Below the pieces are notes generated by a model that ran no database searches, had not been told where the DNA came from, and saw only the letters and a list, made by a program, of their open reading frames with translations. Below are positions 40,298 to 51,231 of a stretch of 64,000 nucleotides of DNA, one piece after another. A program made the translations under genes and the position numbers. The DNA is from Methylococcales bacterium (GTDB lineage Bacteria; Pseudomonadota; Gammaproteobacteria; Methylococcales; Methylomonadaceae): positions 1,720,553-1,784,552 of the forward strand of contig JAUZSN010000002.1 in NCBI GenBank assembly GCA_030949405.1, read 5' to 3'. How positions within the stretch are numbered: position 1 is the stretch's first letter; every line of letters starts with the position of its first letter.

Positions 40298-42343
40298 TTG
40301 TTATTAAATATGTCCAATCCGTTATTAGAAACCACCGCATTACCTCAATTTTCCAAGATTAAACCTGAGCATATTATCCCCGCAGTGGATGACTTGTTAG
40401 CACAGGCACGTGCTGTTGTTAGCGAGTGTTTAGAGCAAACTATCCATACATGGGAAAACTTAATTGAACCGATTGAGGCCGTTGAGGATAAGCTAAGTAA
40501 AGCATGGTCCCCTATTAGTCACTTAAATTCAGTTTGTAATAATGAGGCGGTGCGTGATGCTTATAAGGCTTGTTTACCTAAATTAAGCGAATATTCAACC
40601 GAAATGGGACAAAATAAAACTCTTTTTGACGCTTATCAAGCGATTGCTGAAGGTTCAGACTTTGTTGATTTAAAGGTCGCTCAAAAAAAAATTATTAGTA
40701 ATGCGTTGAAAGATTTTCAACTGTCAGGCATTAATTTAGAGCAGGGTAAGCAACAACGTTACAAGGAAATTAGTCAGCAACTCTCTGAGTTGTGCAGTCG
40801 TTACAGTGATAATGTATTGGATGCGACCAATGACTGGGTGAAATTAATTACGGATAAGGACGAATTAAACGGGTTACCCGAATCGGCCTTAGATCAAGCA
40901 AAACAAGCGGCGGAACAAGCAGGTCATGAAGGCTGGTTAATTAATTTACAATTTCCCTCTTACATTGCGGTAATGACGTATGCGGCTAATCGAGATTTAC
41001 GCCAAGAACATTATCAAGCCTTTGCAACACGAGCCTCTGAATTAGGCGCAAATTCCGATTGGGATAATTCGGAGGTCATGGAAAAAATATTAAGCTTACG
41101 TCATGAAAAAGCGTGTTTGTTAGGCTTTGAAAATTATGCAGAATTATCCTTAGCAACCAAAATGGCGGATAAGCCCGCTGATGTGACTTTGTTTTTAGAG
41201 GATTTAGCGAAAAAATCATTACCGCAAGCCCGTCAAGATTTAGATGAGTTAAAGAAATTTTCTCTGCAAGCGTTTGAATTACAAGCACTTGAGGCGTGGG
41301 ATGTGGGTTATTATTCAGAAAAAATGCGTCAACATCGTTATGACTTATCACAGGAAGAGGTGAAAGCGTATTTTCCCGTTGATAAAGTAATGAGTGGTTT
41401 GTTTTCGGTGGTGAATAAGCTTTATGGGCTTGAAATTAATGAAATAAGCGAGTTTGATCGTTATCATGATGAGGTTCGTTTTTTTGAAATTAAAGATAAA
41501 AATAAAGAGGTTCGCGGAAAGTTTTACTTAGATCTTTATGCTCGAGGGCAGAAAAGAGGCGGCGCTTGGATGGATGATTGCGTCGGACGTAAAAAAATAG
41601 GTGAGGTGATTCAAATTCCTGTGGCTTATTTGGTTTGTAATTTTACCCCGCCGATGGGAGAGGCTTCCGCCTTATTGACGCATGATGAAGTGACGACTTT
41701 ATTTCATGAATTTGGTCATGGTTTGCAACACATGTTGACGCAAATTGATTACTTAGGGGTTTCAGGAATTAATGGAGTGGAATGGGATGCGGTCGAGCTA
41801 CCAAGTCAAATCATGGAAAACTGGTGCTGGGAAAAAGAAGCGTTAGCTCTGATGTCAGCGCATTATCAAACGGGTGAACCCTTACCTGAAAGCTTATATA
41901 ACAAAATGCTGGCGGCGAAAAATTTTCAAGCAGGCATGATGATGGTTCGGCAATTAGAATTTAGTTTATTTGATTTTAAAATTCATCAAGCCTTTGACCC
42001 TGAACAAGGGGGGCGTATTTATCAAATTTTGGATGACATTAGACAGCAGGTTTCAGTGGTTTTACCGCCTAATTTTAACCGCTTTGCTCATGCGTTTTCT
42101 CATATTTTTGCAGGCGGCTATGCCGCGGGTTATTACAGTTATAAATGGGCGGAAGTTTTATCCAGTGATGCCTATTCTCTTTTTGAAGAAAAGGGTATTT
42201 TTGACCGTGAAACAGGTGAGGCATTCTTAACGCATATTTTAGAGAAAGGCGGAAGTGTCGATGCTCTTGCGTTATTTAAAGATTTTCGGGGTCGTGAGCC
42301 TAAAATTGATGCGTTATTGCGACATAATGGAATTATAATTTAG
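40298..42343 (+). CDS. prlC: Oligopeptidase A (M3 family).
   Basis: The HEFGHGLQH zinc motif is present. Length is 681 aa. Confidence 0.9.
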   Translation: MLLNMSNPLLETTALPQFSKIKPEHIIPAVDDLLAQARAVVSECLEQTIHTWENLIEPIEAVEDKLSKAWSPISHLNSVCNNEAVRDAYKACLPKLSEYSTEMGQNKTLFDAYQAIAEGSDFVDLKVAQKKIISNALKDFQLSGINLEQGKQQRYKEISQQLSELCSRYSDNVLDATNDWVKLITDKDELNGLPESALDQAKQAAEQAGHEGWLINLQFPSYIAVMTYAANRDLRQEHYQAFATRASELGANSDWDNSEVMEKILSLRHEKACLLGFENYAELSLATKMADKPADVTLFLEDLAKKSLPQARQDLDELKKFSLQAFELQALEAWDVGYYSEKMRQHRYDLSQEEVKAYFPVDKVMSGLFSVVNKLYGLEINEISEFDRYHDEVRFFEIKDKNKEVRGKFYLDLYARGQKRGGAWMDDCVGRKKIGEVIQIPVAYLVCNFTPPMGEASALLTHDEVTTLFHEFGHGLQHMLTQIDYLGVSGINGVEWDAVELPSQIMENWCWEKEALALMSAHYQTGEPLPESLYNKMLAAKNFQAGMMMVRQLEFSLFDFKIHQAFDPEQGGRIYQILDDIRQQVSVVLPPNFNRFAHAFSHIFAGGYAAGYYSYKWAEVLSSDAYSLFEEKGIFDRETGEAFLTHILEKGGSVDALALFKDFRGREPKIDALLRHNGIII

Positions 42344-42352
42344 GATGATTAA

Positions 42353-42724
42353 ATGAGCGACGTTATTCAACCCTTCTCGCGTAACGATGAGTTTTATACA
42401 CCAGAAAAATGTTATATTACAGAGCTTCTTAATACCGTTGATAATCCTGATTTATCAATAGCTAGGGCGCGAGTTGAGCCAGGAATAACAACCTGTTGGC
42501 ATCGACTTACGGCCACCGCTGAATATTATTATATTCTGAGTGGGTGTGGCATTATGGAAGTGGGAACATTGCCGCCAAAAGACGTTAAAACAGGGGATGT
42601 GGTGTTAATTCCGCCTCAGTGTCGTCAACGTATTACAAATACAGGAACGGAAAGTTTGGTTTTTTTGGCTATTTGTACCCCGAGATTTTTAAATGAGGCG
42701 TATCAGGCGATTGAAAAGGATTAA
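42353..42724 (+). CDS. Cupin-domain protein.
   Basis: 123 aa with cupin_2-like beta-barrel motifs (GDVVLIPPQ). Confidence 0.6.
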   Translation: MSDVIQPFSRNDEFYTPEKCYITELLNTVDNPDLSIARARVEPGITTCWHRLTATAEYYYILSGCGIMEVGTLPPKDVKTGDVVLIPPQCRQRITNTGTESLVFLAICTPRFLNEAYQAIEKD

Positions 42725-42793
42725 ATTTTTCCTGTGATTTTTTATCTTGACTATTAACGCATTGAAAATTATAGTAGAACGTTTTGCTTATAA

Positions 42794-43729
42794 ATGCCTT
42801 CTATGGAACATCTCCCTGTTATGTATGCAGAATCCCTGCACGCCCTAAAGATAAAAGCCAATGGCATTTATGTTGATTGTACGTTTGGGCGCGGTGGACA
42901 CAGTCAAGGTATTTTAGAAAAATTAAATGAACACGGCCAATTATTAGCTTTTGACAAAGATTTAGACGCGATTCATTCGCCGATAGCTAAAGAAATGAGC
43001 AAGGATTCACGCTTTACCTTACATCATGGTAGTTTCACGGAATTAGAAGCGACAATAAAATCTACGGTTGAGGCGGGTTTAGTGGAGGGTGTTTTTATGG
43101 ATCTAGGGGTTTCATCCCCTCAATTGGATACGGCTGAACGGGGGTTTAGTTTTTTAAAAGAAGGGGCTTTGGATATGCGGATGAATACAGAAGCAGGTTT
43201 ATCCGCCGCAGAATGGTTGGCGGGTATAGAGGAAGCTGAATTAAGACAGGTTTTATTTGAGTATGGTGAAGAGCGTTTTGCCCGACGAATTGCCGCGGCC
43301 ATTGTTAATGAACGTCAAGAAACACCTCTTGTTTCAACGTTGCAGTTGGCGAAGTTAATTTCTGATGCGGTTCCTTTTAAAGAAAAACATAAGCATCCTG
43401 CGACACGTAGTTTTCAGGCTATTCGGATTGCGGTTAATGACGAATTAGGTGAGTTAACGGCTACGTTAAAGCAAGCGACGGCAATTTTAAAACCCGAAGG
43501 ACGGTTAGTGGTTATTTCATTTCATTCCCTTGAAGATAGAATTGTGAAGCGATTTATTCGTCGCGAATCGGGTTATAAAAATCCCCCTGGAAAGTTACCC
43601 ATTAAAGAAGTTGATTTAGAACGAGGCTTGTTAAACAAAGTGGGAAAAATGATACGAGCAGGAAAAGAGGAAGTTTCTTTGAATCCTCGATCGCGTAGTG
43701 CTGTTATGCGGATTGCCGAGCGAGTATAA
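42794..43729 (+). CDS. rsmH: 16S rRNA m4C1402 methyltransferase RsmH (MraW).
   Basis: YVDCTFGRGGHS. It is the first gene of the dcw cluster. Confidence 0.92.
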   Translation: MPSMEHLPVMYAESLHALKIKANGIYVDCTFGRGGHSQGILEKLNEHGQLLAFDKDLDAIHSPIAKEMSKDSRFTLHHGSFTELEATIKSTVEAGLVEGVFMDLGVSSPQLDTAERGFSFLKEGALDMRMNTEAGLSAAEWLAGIEEAELRQVLFEYGEERFARRIAAAIVNERQETPLVSTLQLAKLISDAVPFKEKHKHPATRSFQAIRIAVNDELGELTATLKQATAILKPEGRLVVISFHSLEDRIVKRFIRRESGYKNPPGKLPIKEVDLERGLLNKVGKMIRAGKEEVSLNPRSRSAVMRIAERV

Positions 43730-44012
43730 GGTGACGGTTGCTCGGTTTTTTATCTGGTTTTTATTTGTAAGTTTTTTGATGGCTTCCGCATTGGGGGTCG
43801 TTTATAGCAAATATCAATCTAGGTTATTGTTTTTTGAGATACAGCAACAACAAAGTTACTTAGAAAAACAAGCGATTGAATGGGGACAACTTCAATTGGA
43901 AATAACGACGTTAACCTCTGAAAATCGCGTTGAAATTGAAGCCATTGAAAACTTAGGATTAGTATTTCCGTATCGAAAACGAATTATTTATTTAAAGCAA
44001 GATGAAAAATAA
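43698..44012 (+). CDS. ftsL: Cell division protein FtsL.
   Basis: Small bitopic protein with one transmembrane segment and a coiled coil, located between rsmH and ftsI. Confidence 0.75.
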   Translation: MLLCGLPSEYKVTVARFFIWFLFVSFLMASALGVVYSKYQSRLLFFEIQQQQSYLEKQAIEWGQLQLEITTLTSENRVEIEAIENLGLVFPYRKRIIYLKQDEK

Positions 44013-44062
44013 TCAGGCTTTATTGGAAATTAATGTTTACATGGCCGAGCGAATACGTGTGA

Positions 44063-45787
44063 GTGATTCATTTAATTTTTATCTATATGCATGATCTTTT
44101 TAGAGGCAATACGTCTCGCCCCTCAAAAAAAATAAAGACGTTTGCTCTTCGGCGACGGTTCTTAGTCATTCTTATTTTATTAGGAATGCTTTCATTGGTC
44201 TTGCGCGCCATTAATTTACAAGTCATTGATAAGCAATTTTTACAACAGCAAGGGGCGAAGCGGTATATTAGTAAAATTCCTGTTTCTACTTATCGTGGAA
44301 AAATTTTTGACCGATATGGGGAAATTATGGCGATTAGCTCGCCTGTTCGCTCCATTTGGGTTAATCCACGGCAATTAGATCGCAATCAATCTCAAGAGAT
44401 TGAGGAAATGACTAAAGTCTTAGGCTTGCCTGCGTCTAAAATTAAATTATTAAAGGATAAAAATTCAAAATTGCGGTTTTCGTATTTGAAGCGGCGGATT
44501 AGTCCTGGGTTGGCGATGAAAGTAAAAAAAATGGGGATTAAGGGCATTCATTTTGATCAAGAATTTAAACGTTTTTACCCCGCTGGCGTTATGTCTGCGC
44601 ATTTAATTGGCTTTACCGATGTTGATGATGTTGGGCAAGAAGGCATCGAAAGAACCTATGAAGATCATTTAAAAGGTAAGGCGGGATTAAAACGAATTAT
44701 TAGAGATGGACGGCGACGTATTGTTGAGGATTTTGAAAATCTTGAAGAGTCTGTTCCCGGTAAAGATTTGACCTTGAGTGTTGATCGTCGCATCCAATAT
44801 TTAGCGTTTAGAGAATTACAACACGCCTTTATTAAATATCGAGCAAAATCAGCGTCGCTGGTGGTCTTAGATGCTAAAACAGGGGATGTTTTGGCCGCTG
44901 TAACTCAGCCTGCCTTTAATCCTAATAGTCGAAAAAATTTAAAAAGTGGCGTTTATAGAAATCGAGCGATTACGGATGTTTTTGAACCCGGTTCTACCAT
45001 GAAGCCATTTGTGATTGCCGCCGCTTTAGATGGAAAATACATTGCCGAAGATGCCCGAATTCGTACGAATGGATCGTACAAAATTGGGGTTAATTGGGTG
45101 AGAGATGGTCATAATTATGGGGTGCTAAGTTTAACCAATGTGTTAAAAAAATCAAGTAATGTGGGGGCGAGTAAAGTGGCTTTATTAATGCCCGATGATT
45201 ATTTATGGCGTATTTATAAGCAATTAGGTTTTGGCCAGTCGGCTGAGATTGGCTTTCCAGGTGAAGCGCATGGTATTTTATTGCCCTTAATGAAGTGGAA
45301 TGATTTTGCGCAAGCAACGCTTTCGTTTGGTTATGGTTTATCAACCTCAACATTACAATTAGCCAAAGCGTATACGGCATTAGCTGATAATGGCATTTTA
45401 CACTCCGTGAGTTTATTGAAAAGAGATCGGGATCCTAATGCGAAGCGTATTTTCACAGCGGATGTGGCCAAAAAAGTGAGAACAATGCTTGAAGAGGTTG
45501 TTAAGCCAGGTGGAACCGCTAAACGTGCCGCGGTTACAGGTTATCGGGTGGCAGGAAAAACGGGAACCGCAAAAAAGGCTAAAAAAGGCGGGTATTCTGC
45601 AAAAAAATATTTTTCAGTGTTTGTTGGAATGGCTCCTGCGAGTAATCCACGCTTTGTGATTGCAGTTATGGTGGATGAACCTAAACGTAAATTTTATGGG
45701 GGACTTGTGGCCGCGCCAGTTTTTTCTAAAGTAATGGCGGGTACACTTAGAATTTATGGTGTTGAACCTGATAAAAAAATGCCTTGA
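44063..45787 (+). CDS. ftsI: Peptidoglycan D,D-transpeptidase FtsI (PBP3). The true start may be the Met at 44089.
   Basis: STMKPF (SxxK), SSN and KTGT motifs are present, and the position in the dcw cluster fits. Confidence 0.9.
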   Translation: MIHLIFIYMHDLFRGNTSRPSKKIKTFALRRRFLVILILLGMLSLVLRAINLQVIDKQFLQQQGAKRYISKIPVSTYRGKIFDRYGEIMAISSPVRSIWVNPRQLDRNQSQEIEEMTKVLGLPASKIKLLKDKNSKLRFSYLKRRISPGLAMKVKKMGIKGIHFDQEFKRFYPAGVMSAHLIGFTDVDDVGQEGIERTYEDHLKGKAGLKRIIRDGRRRIVEDFENLEESVPGKDLTLSVDRRIQYLAFRELQHAFIKYRAKSASLVVLDAKTGDVLAAVTQPAFNPNSRKNLKSGVYRNRAITDVFEPGSTMKPFVIAAALDGKYIAEDARIRTNGSYKIGVNWVRDGHNYGVLSLTNVLKKSSNVGASKVALLMPDDYLWRIYKQLGFGQSAEIGFPGEAHGILLPLMKWNDFAQATLSFGYGLSTSTLQLAKAYTALADNGILHSVSLLKRDRDPNAKRIFTADVAKKVRTMLEEVVKPGGTAKRAAVTGYRVAGKTGTAKKAKKGGYSAKKYFSVFVGMAPASNPRFVIAVMVDEPKRKFYGGLVAAPVFSKVMAGTLRIYGVEPDKKMP

Positions 45788-45844
45788 TTAATGAGAGTTA
45801 AGTGATAAATAGGGTTAAGACTCAGTGTTTAGAAAGATAGACGA

Positions 45845-45916
45845 GAAGACACGCTTGAATACGCTAATATGCCTAGGAATAAGACGTTAAGCGTGTCTTC
45901 CTAGATTATTTTTTTG
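45845..45916 (+). terminator. Hairpin with a T-run between ftsI and murE. It could be an internal attenuator or terminator.
   Basis: The 12-bp perfect stems gaagacacgctt and aagcgtgtcttc enclose a 32-nt loop and are followed by ttattttttt. Confidence 0.4.
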
Positions 45917-45935
45917 CCCATCGGAATAAAATAAA

Positions 45936-47405
45936 ATGAAGCTTGATGAATTACTCATAGGGTTTACAACACGATCAATTGATATTGAAATTTTAGGACT
46001 CGCTCTTAATAGTCAGCAAGTAAGTTCGGGTTATGCGTTTATGGCCTTAAACGGTGAACATTCTCACGGATTAGATTACGCGGACCCAGTTATAAAACAA
46101 GGGGCGCGGGTTATTATTTATGACCCCAAAGGCGGCGGTAAAGCACTGGCAATGAAGTTAACCCCTTTCCCTTTGATTGAAATAGAAAATTTAGAGTCCA
46201 AGCTTGCGGATATTGCAGCGCGTTTTTATTGCTATCCTGCCCAAAAATTGGCTGTTATTGGTGTTACGGGGACGAATGGTAAAACAAGTTGCAGTCAATT
46301 TTTGGCGCAAGTGTTACCCGACTCTATCGTTGTGGGAACATTAGGCTGGGGCGTATGGGGGAAATTACAAAAAACTCAAAATACCACCCCCGATGCCCTT
46401 TCATTACACGCCATTTTGGCACATTGTGTTAATGAGAAAAAAAAATTATTAACCCTTGAGGTTTCGTCTCATGGTTTAGAACTCGGTCGTGTTAAGCACG
46501 TAAAATTTAAAGGGGCTATTTTTACGAATTTAACGCAAGATCATTTAGATTTCCATCCATCAATGGAGGCTTATTTTCAAGCTAAATGTTCACTTTTTAA
46601 ACGCCCAGAATTAGAATTTGCCATTGTTAATTTAGATGATGCCTATGGTTTACGGATTATTGATGCATTGTCTGAACACGTTGTTTTATGGACTTTTAGT
46701 TGTCGTGGAAAGACCTTAAATCAAGGGAATTCATTGGTGGCTGAAAAAATTCAATTCGTGACCACAGGGCTTTGTTTTGAGGTTCGTTATAAAAATGAGA
46801 GCGTAACCGTTTCATCTGATTTTTATGGGGAATTTAATGTTGAAAACATTCTAGCAATGATGGCCACTTTATTAGCACTGGGTGAATCGTTGACTGAGGC
46901 GGCAAAAAAAGCCACTTCTTTAAAGGCTATTTCAGGACGAATGGAGCGTTTTAGTAACACTAAATCGCCTCAAGTTTTTGTTGATTATGCACATACGCCT
47001 GATGCACTACTAAAAAGCCTCACCGCGTTAAAACAGCATCATCACCAACAAATTTCACTTGTTTTTGGCTGTGGAGGAAATAGAGATAAAGGCAAGCGAA
47101 TGCAGATGGGAAAAGTGGCCTCTCAGCAAGCTCATCGAATTATTATTACCGATGATAATCCACGTTATGAAAATAACCAAGCCATCATTTGTGATATTTT
47201 AACTGACTGTGATAGAGATAAAGTGACAATTATAACCGATAGAAAAGCTGCGATAACCCGCGCCATTAGGCAAGCGTCTTCCGATGACTGTATTTTAATT
47301 GCGGGAAAAGGCCATGAAGATTATCAAACCATTGAAGGGACCCATTATTCGTTCAGTGATCAAGAAATTGTTGAACAGGTTTTACAGGAATGGGTCGCCC
47401 CATGA
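45936..47405 (+). CDS. murE: UDP-MurNAc-tripeptide synthetase MurE.
   Basis: The P-loop GVTGTNGKTS is present, and the position between ftsI and murF fits. Confidence 0.9.
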   Translation: MKLDELLIGFTTRSIDIEILGLALNSQQVSSGYAFMALNGEHSHGLDYADPVIKQGARVIIYDPKGGGKALAMKLTPFPLIEIENLESKLADIAARFYCYPAQKLAVIGVTGTNGKTSCSQFLAQVLPDSIVVGTLGWGVWGKLQKTQNTTPDALSLHAILAHCVNEKKKLLTLEVSSHGLELGRVKHVKFKGAIFTNLTQDHLDFHPSMEAYFQAKCSLFKRPELEFAIVNLDDAYGLRIIDALSEHVVLWTFSCRGKTLNQGNSLVAEKIQFVTTGLCFEVRYKNESVTVSSDFYGEFNVENILAMMATLLALGESLTEAAKKATSLKAISGRMERFSNTKSPQVFVDYAHTPDALLKSLTALKQHHHQQISLVFGCGGNRDKGKRMQMGKVASQQAHRIIITDDNPRYENNQAIICDILTDCDRDKVTIITDRKAAITRAIRQASSDDCILIAGKGHEDYQTIEGTHYSFSDQEIVEQVLQEWVAP

Positions 47406-48766
47406 AATTAAATTTAAATACGGTTGCCTTGCATCTCAATGCTCATTTAATTGGGGTGAGTACTGAAATTAACGCCGTTAGCATTGATAGTCGGACGTTG
47501 AAAAAAGGGGACTTATATATCGCGATTAGCGGTGAAAATTTTGATGGCCATAATTTTACGGAAGCGGCTGAAAAAGCTGGGGCCTGTGCGTTATTAGTTG
47601 AACATCAAGTAAAAAGTTTATTACCTCAATTAGTGGTTAAAAATACCCGTTTAGCGTTGGCTGAACTGGCAGGTTTAGCCCGCCAAAAAAGTAAGGCGAC
47701 TATTTTTTCGGTCACAGGAAGTAATGGTAAAACCACCGTTAAAGAAATGCTTGCCATCATTCTGTCCGTTAATGCGTCTGTTTTAGCGACGGAAGGAAAC
47801 TTAAATAATGAAATAGGGGTTCCATTAACCTTATTGAAATTATCGGTCGATCATCGTTATGCGGTGATTGAAATGGGGGCCAATCATCGAGGTGAAATTG
47901 CGTTTAGTAGTCGCGCAGCCTTGGCGAATATTGCACTCATTAATAATGTGGCCGAAGCGCATCTTGAAGGCTTTGGTTCATTAGAAGGGATTGCTAAAGC
48001 GAAAGGTGAAATTGTTGCGGGTTTAAAAGCGTCAGGCATAGCCATTCTTAATCAAGACGACCCCTTTTATTCACTCTGGGTAAAGATAGCCGCAAATCGA
48101 AGCCATTATAGTTTTTCACTTCATGATAAATCGGCTAATGTTTATGCCACTGAAATAGAGTCCACGATTGAAAATAATGCATTCGTGACGACGTTTAATT
48201 TACATACGGCGACTGAAAAAATCGCCATTAGTTTAAAATTAGCAGGTCAACATAATATTTATAATGCACTGGCAGCGGCAACAGCGGCTTTAACCGTTAA
48301 TATACCGTTAGTTCAAATTCAACAAGGTCTTGAAAAGCTTTTACCCGTTAAAGGTCGATTGCAACCTTGGGTCAGTCGTTATGGGAATATTGTTATTGAT
48401 GATAGCTATAATGCTAACCCTGCATCACTGAAAGTGGCGATAGAGGTTTTAAAATTTTGTCAGGGCGATTCATGGTTAATTTTGGGTGAGTTAGGTGAAT
48501 TAGGAGATAAAAGCCAAGAAATTCATCAACAGCTCGGTGTTTTAATTCGCGAACAAGGGATTAAACGGTTGTTTGCAATAGGGACTGATGCGCGTTACAG
48601 TGTGGAGGAATTTGGAGAAGGGGCGTTATTTTTTGAAAGTCAAGTCGCATTAATTACGAGTTTAAAAGCAGGGCTTAAAGGAGAGGAAGCTTTGTTAATT
48701 AAAGGTTCACGCGCGCAAGGAATGGAACAGGTTGCAGCGGCATTAATAGATAATTTTAGGAAATAA
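47390..48766 (+). CDS. murF: UDP-MurNAc-pentapeptide synthetase MurF.
   Basis: VTGSNGKTT is present and the gene sits in dcw order. Confidence 0.9.
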   Translation: MGRPMKLNLNTVALHLNAHLIGVSTEINAVSIDSRTLKKGDLYIAISGENFDGHNFTEAAEKAGACALLVEHQVKSLLPQLVVKNTRLALAELAGLARQKSKATIFSVTGSNGKTTVKEMLAIILSVNASVLATEGNLNNEIGVPLTLLKLSVDHRYAVIEMGANHRGEIAFSSRAALANIALINNVAEAHLEGFGSLEGIAKAKGEIVAGLKASGIAILNQDDPFYSLWVKIAANRSHYSFSLHDKSANVYATEIESTIENNAFVTTFNLHTATEKIAISLKLAGQHNIYNALAAATAALTVNIPLVQIQQGLEKLLPVKGRLQPWVSRYGNIVIDDSYNANPASLKVAIEVLKFCQGDSWLILGELGELGDKSQEIHQQLGVLIREQGIKRLFAIGTDARYSVEEFGEGALFFESQVALITSLKAGLKGEEALLIKGSRAQGMEQVAAALIDNFRK

Positions 48767-48769
48767 CGG

Positions 48770-49852
48770 ATGCTATTGTATTTAACTGATTTTTTAATGT
48801 CACTTGATGGCGGCTTTAGAGTTTTTCAATATTTAACCTTTAGAACAATTTTGGGGGCATTAACCGCGTTAGTTATTTCTTTTTTGATTGGCCCTTGGAT
48901 GATTAAGAAATTAACGCGCGATAAAATTGGTCAAAGTGTGCGTGATGATGGCCCTGAGACACATTTTAAAAAAGCGGGAACGCCGACAATGGGGGGGACG
49001 CTCATTTTAGTCGCAGTCAGTGTAAGTACGTTACTTTGGGCTGATTTAGGCAATCGTTATGTTTGGGTTATTTTATTAGTGACGATTGGCTTTGGTGTGA
49101 TTGGTTTTATTGATGATTATAAAAAAGTCATGATGGGAAATAGCGACGGCTTATCAGGACGAATGAAATATTTATTTCAATCGGTTATTGGTTTAATAGC
49201 CTCCATTTTTTTGTATTATTCGGCTGAACTCCCCGTAGAAACCCAATTAATTGTGCCGTTTTTTAAAGATGTTGTTTTAGAATTAGGCTGGGGTTATATT
49301 CTTTTAAGTTATTTTGTTATTGTCGGAACCAGTAACGCGGTCAACTTAACCGATGGATTGGATGGCTTGGCGATTATGCCCACCGTCATGATTGCAGCGG
49401 GGATGGGGATTTTTGCTTATCTGTCAGGACATGTTAATTTTGCACAATACTTAGGCATTCCTTATTTACCTAACAGTGGCGAGTTAATTATTTTTTGTGG
49501 CGCGTTAATCGGGGCAGGTTTGGGATTTTTATGGTTTAACACCTATCCTGCGATGGTTTTCATGGGGGATGTCGGTTCGTTAGCATTGGGGGCAGGATTA
49601 GGCGTTTTAGCTATTTTAATTAGACAAGAACTAGTCTTAGCGATTATGGGCGGAATTTTTGTGATTGAAACTCTGTCCGTTATCATTCAAGTTATTTCAT
49701 TTAAAATGACAGGCAAGCGGGTATTTAAAATGGCTCCGATTCATCATCATTTTGAATTAAAAGGGTGGCCAGAACCGCGTATTATTGTCCGTTTTTGGAT
49801 TATTACTTTTATTTTGGTCTTAATTGGTTTATCCAGTTTGAAATTAAGATAG
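48770..49852 (+). CDS. mraY: Phospho-MurNAc-pentapeptide translocase MraY.
   Basis: 360-aa polytopic membrane protein with the [13 protein letters not shown] motif. Confidence 0.93.
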   Translation: MLLYLTDFLMSLDGGFRVFQYLTFRTILGALTALVISFLIGPWMIKKLTRDKIGQSVRDDGPETHFKKAGTPTMGGTLILVAVSVSTLLWADLGNRYVWVILLVTIGFGVIGFIDDYKKVMMGNSDGLSGRMKYLFQSVIGLIASIFLYYSAELPVETQLIVPFFKDVVLELGWGYILLSYFVIVGTSNAVNLTDGLDGLAIMPTVMIAAGMGIFAYLSGHVNFAQYLGIPYLPNSGELIIFCGALIGAGLGFLWFNTYPAMVFMGDVGSLALGAGLGVLAILIRQELVLAIMGGIFVIETLSVIIQVISFKMTGKRVFKMAPIHHHFELKGWPEPRIIVRFWIITFILVLIGLSSLKLR

Positions 49853-49854
49853 TT

Positions 49855-51231
49855 ATGCGATTAGCCGATGACCTCGTTTTAGACCAACTCCATGATTTTT
49901 TTGGGTTGCAGACTAAGCATTCAAAATTAATTATTGTTGGGTTGGGCGCAACAGGGTTGTCTGTGGCTCGTTTTTTAAGTCATTATTCGTTTGAATTTAA
50001 ACTGATTGATAGCCGCCGTAATCCCCCGATGGCGGAACAATTGAGCCATGAATTACCTAATATTAACTTAATAACAGGCAATTTTGAGAATTTTGATTTT
50101 TCTGAGGCAACGCATTTAATCGTAAGTCCGGGAATTGCATTAACGCCTCAAATTAAATCGGCGTGTCTGAAGGGAGTCCGGCTTGTGAGTGATATAGACT
50201 TATTTGCGCTCTCGACAAATAGACCTATTATTGCGATTACAGGCTCCAATGGAAAAAGTACCGTGACCACGATGTTGGGCGAAATGGGGAATGCCGCAGG
50301 TAAAAAAACAAGGATGGGTGGAAATTTAGGTACGGCGGCGTTGGATTTATTGAATCAAGAGGCGGAACTTTATGTTTTGGAATTATCCAGCTTTCAACTT
50401 GAACGAACGTCTGCTTTAAAGGCGGTTGCGGCAACTGTTTTAAATTTGAGTGCCGATCATCTTGATCGTCATGAAACGTTTGAAAATTATTGCATTGAAA
50501 AAGAAAAAGTTTTTAAAGGTAACGGTATCATGGTGTTAAATGCAGATGATTCCAACGTAAAATCAATGCACAAACAAGCGCGTCGTTGTCTTTGGTTTGG
50601 TGTGCATCAGCCTTTGGGGTTTCATGTGGAAACGAAAGAAAATCAAGATTACCTTGTTTATAATAATGATTTTTTAATGCCTTGTCGTCATTTATCGTTG
50701 GAAGGTCAGCATAATATCGCCAATGCGTTAGCCGCGCTTGCATTAGGGTTTGCAGCGGGGTTAGCGATTAAGCCAATGTGCCAAGCGTTGGCCGGGTTTC
50801 AAGGGTTGGCGCATCGAATGCAGCAAGTGGCGATAATTAATGGCGTTAAGTGGGTTAATGATTCTAAAGCCACGAATATAGGGGCGTGTATCGCGGCGTT
50901 GGACGGTTACAAGGACAAGGTTATTTTACTCGCAGGAGGCGATGCAAAGGGCGCGGATATGAATGAGTTGCAAGCCAGTATTTATAAAAAGGTAAAAAAT
51001 ATCATTTTAATGGGGAAGGATGCAAATCTAATGGAATCTGCTTTAAATAACGGTATTCCTGTGTATCATGCTGATTCAATGGCGGCGGCGGTTTTGTATG
51101 CGGCTAATATTGCGTTTAGAGGCGATACGATTTTGCTTTCACCCGCTTGTGCGAGTTTAGATCAATATCAAAATTATCAACATCGAGGAAACTGTTTTAT
51201 GACGGCAGTGAAGGCTTTGGAGACGGGTTAG
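49855..51231 (+). CDS. murD: UDP-MurNAc-L-Ala--D-Glu ligase MurD. The start is chosen at ATG 49855; the longer ORF from 49765 overlaps mraY.
   Basis: GSNGKSTV is present. The chosen start avoids a 90-nt overlap with mraY. Confidence 0.88.
   Translation: MRLADDLVLDQLHDFFGLQTKHSKLIIVGLGATGLSVARFLSHYSFEFKLIDSRRNPPMAEQLSHELPNINLITGNFENFDFSEATHLIVSPGIALTPQIKSACLKGVRLVSDIDLFALSTNRPIIAITGSNGKSTVTTMLGEMGNAAGKKTRMGGNLGTAALDLLNQEAELYVLELSSFQLERTSALKAVAATVLNLSADHLDRHETFENYCIEKEKVFKGNGIMVLNADDSNVKSMHKQARRCLWFGVHQPLGFHVETKENQDYLVYNNDFLMPCRHLSLEGQHNIANALAALALGFAAGLAIKPMCQALAGFQGLAHRMQQVAIINGVKWVNDSKATNIGACIAALDGYKDKVILLAGGDAKGADMNELQASIYKKVKNIILMGKDANLMESALNNGIPVYHADSMAAAVLYAANIAFRGDTILLSPACASLDQYQNYQHRGNCFMTAVKALETG

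Noticed and set aside
49765-49854. Longer 5' extensions of murD (49765), ftsW (51147) and ftsZ (59159) given by the ORF track
   Set aside because: They create 85-90-nt overlaps with the upstream genes. The downstream ATG or GTG starts give the canonical coupled arrangement.
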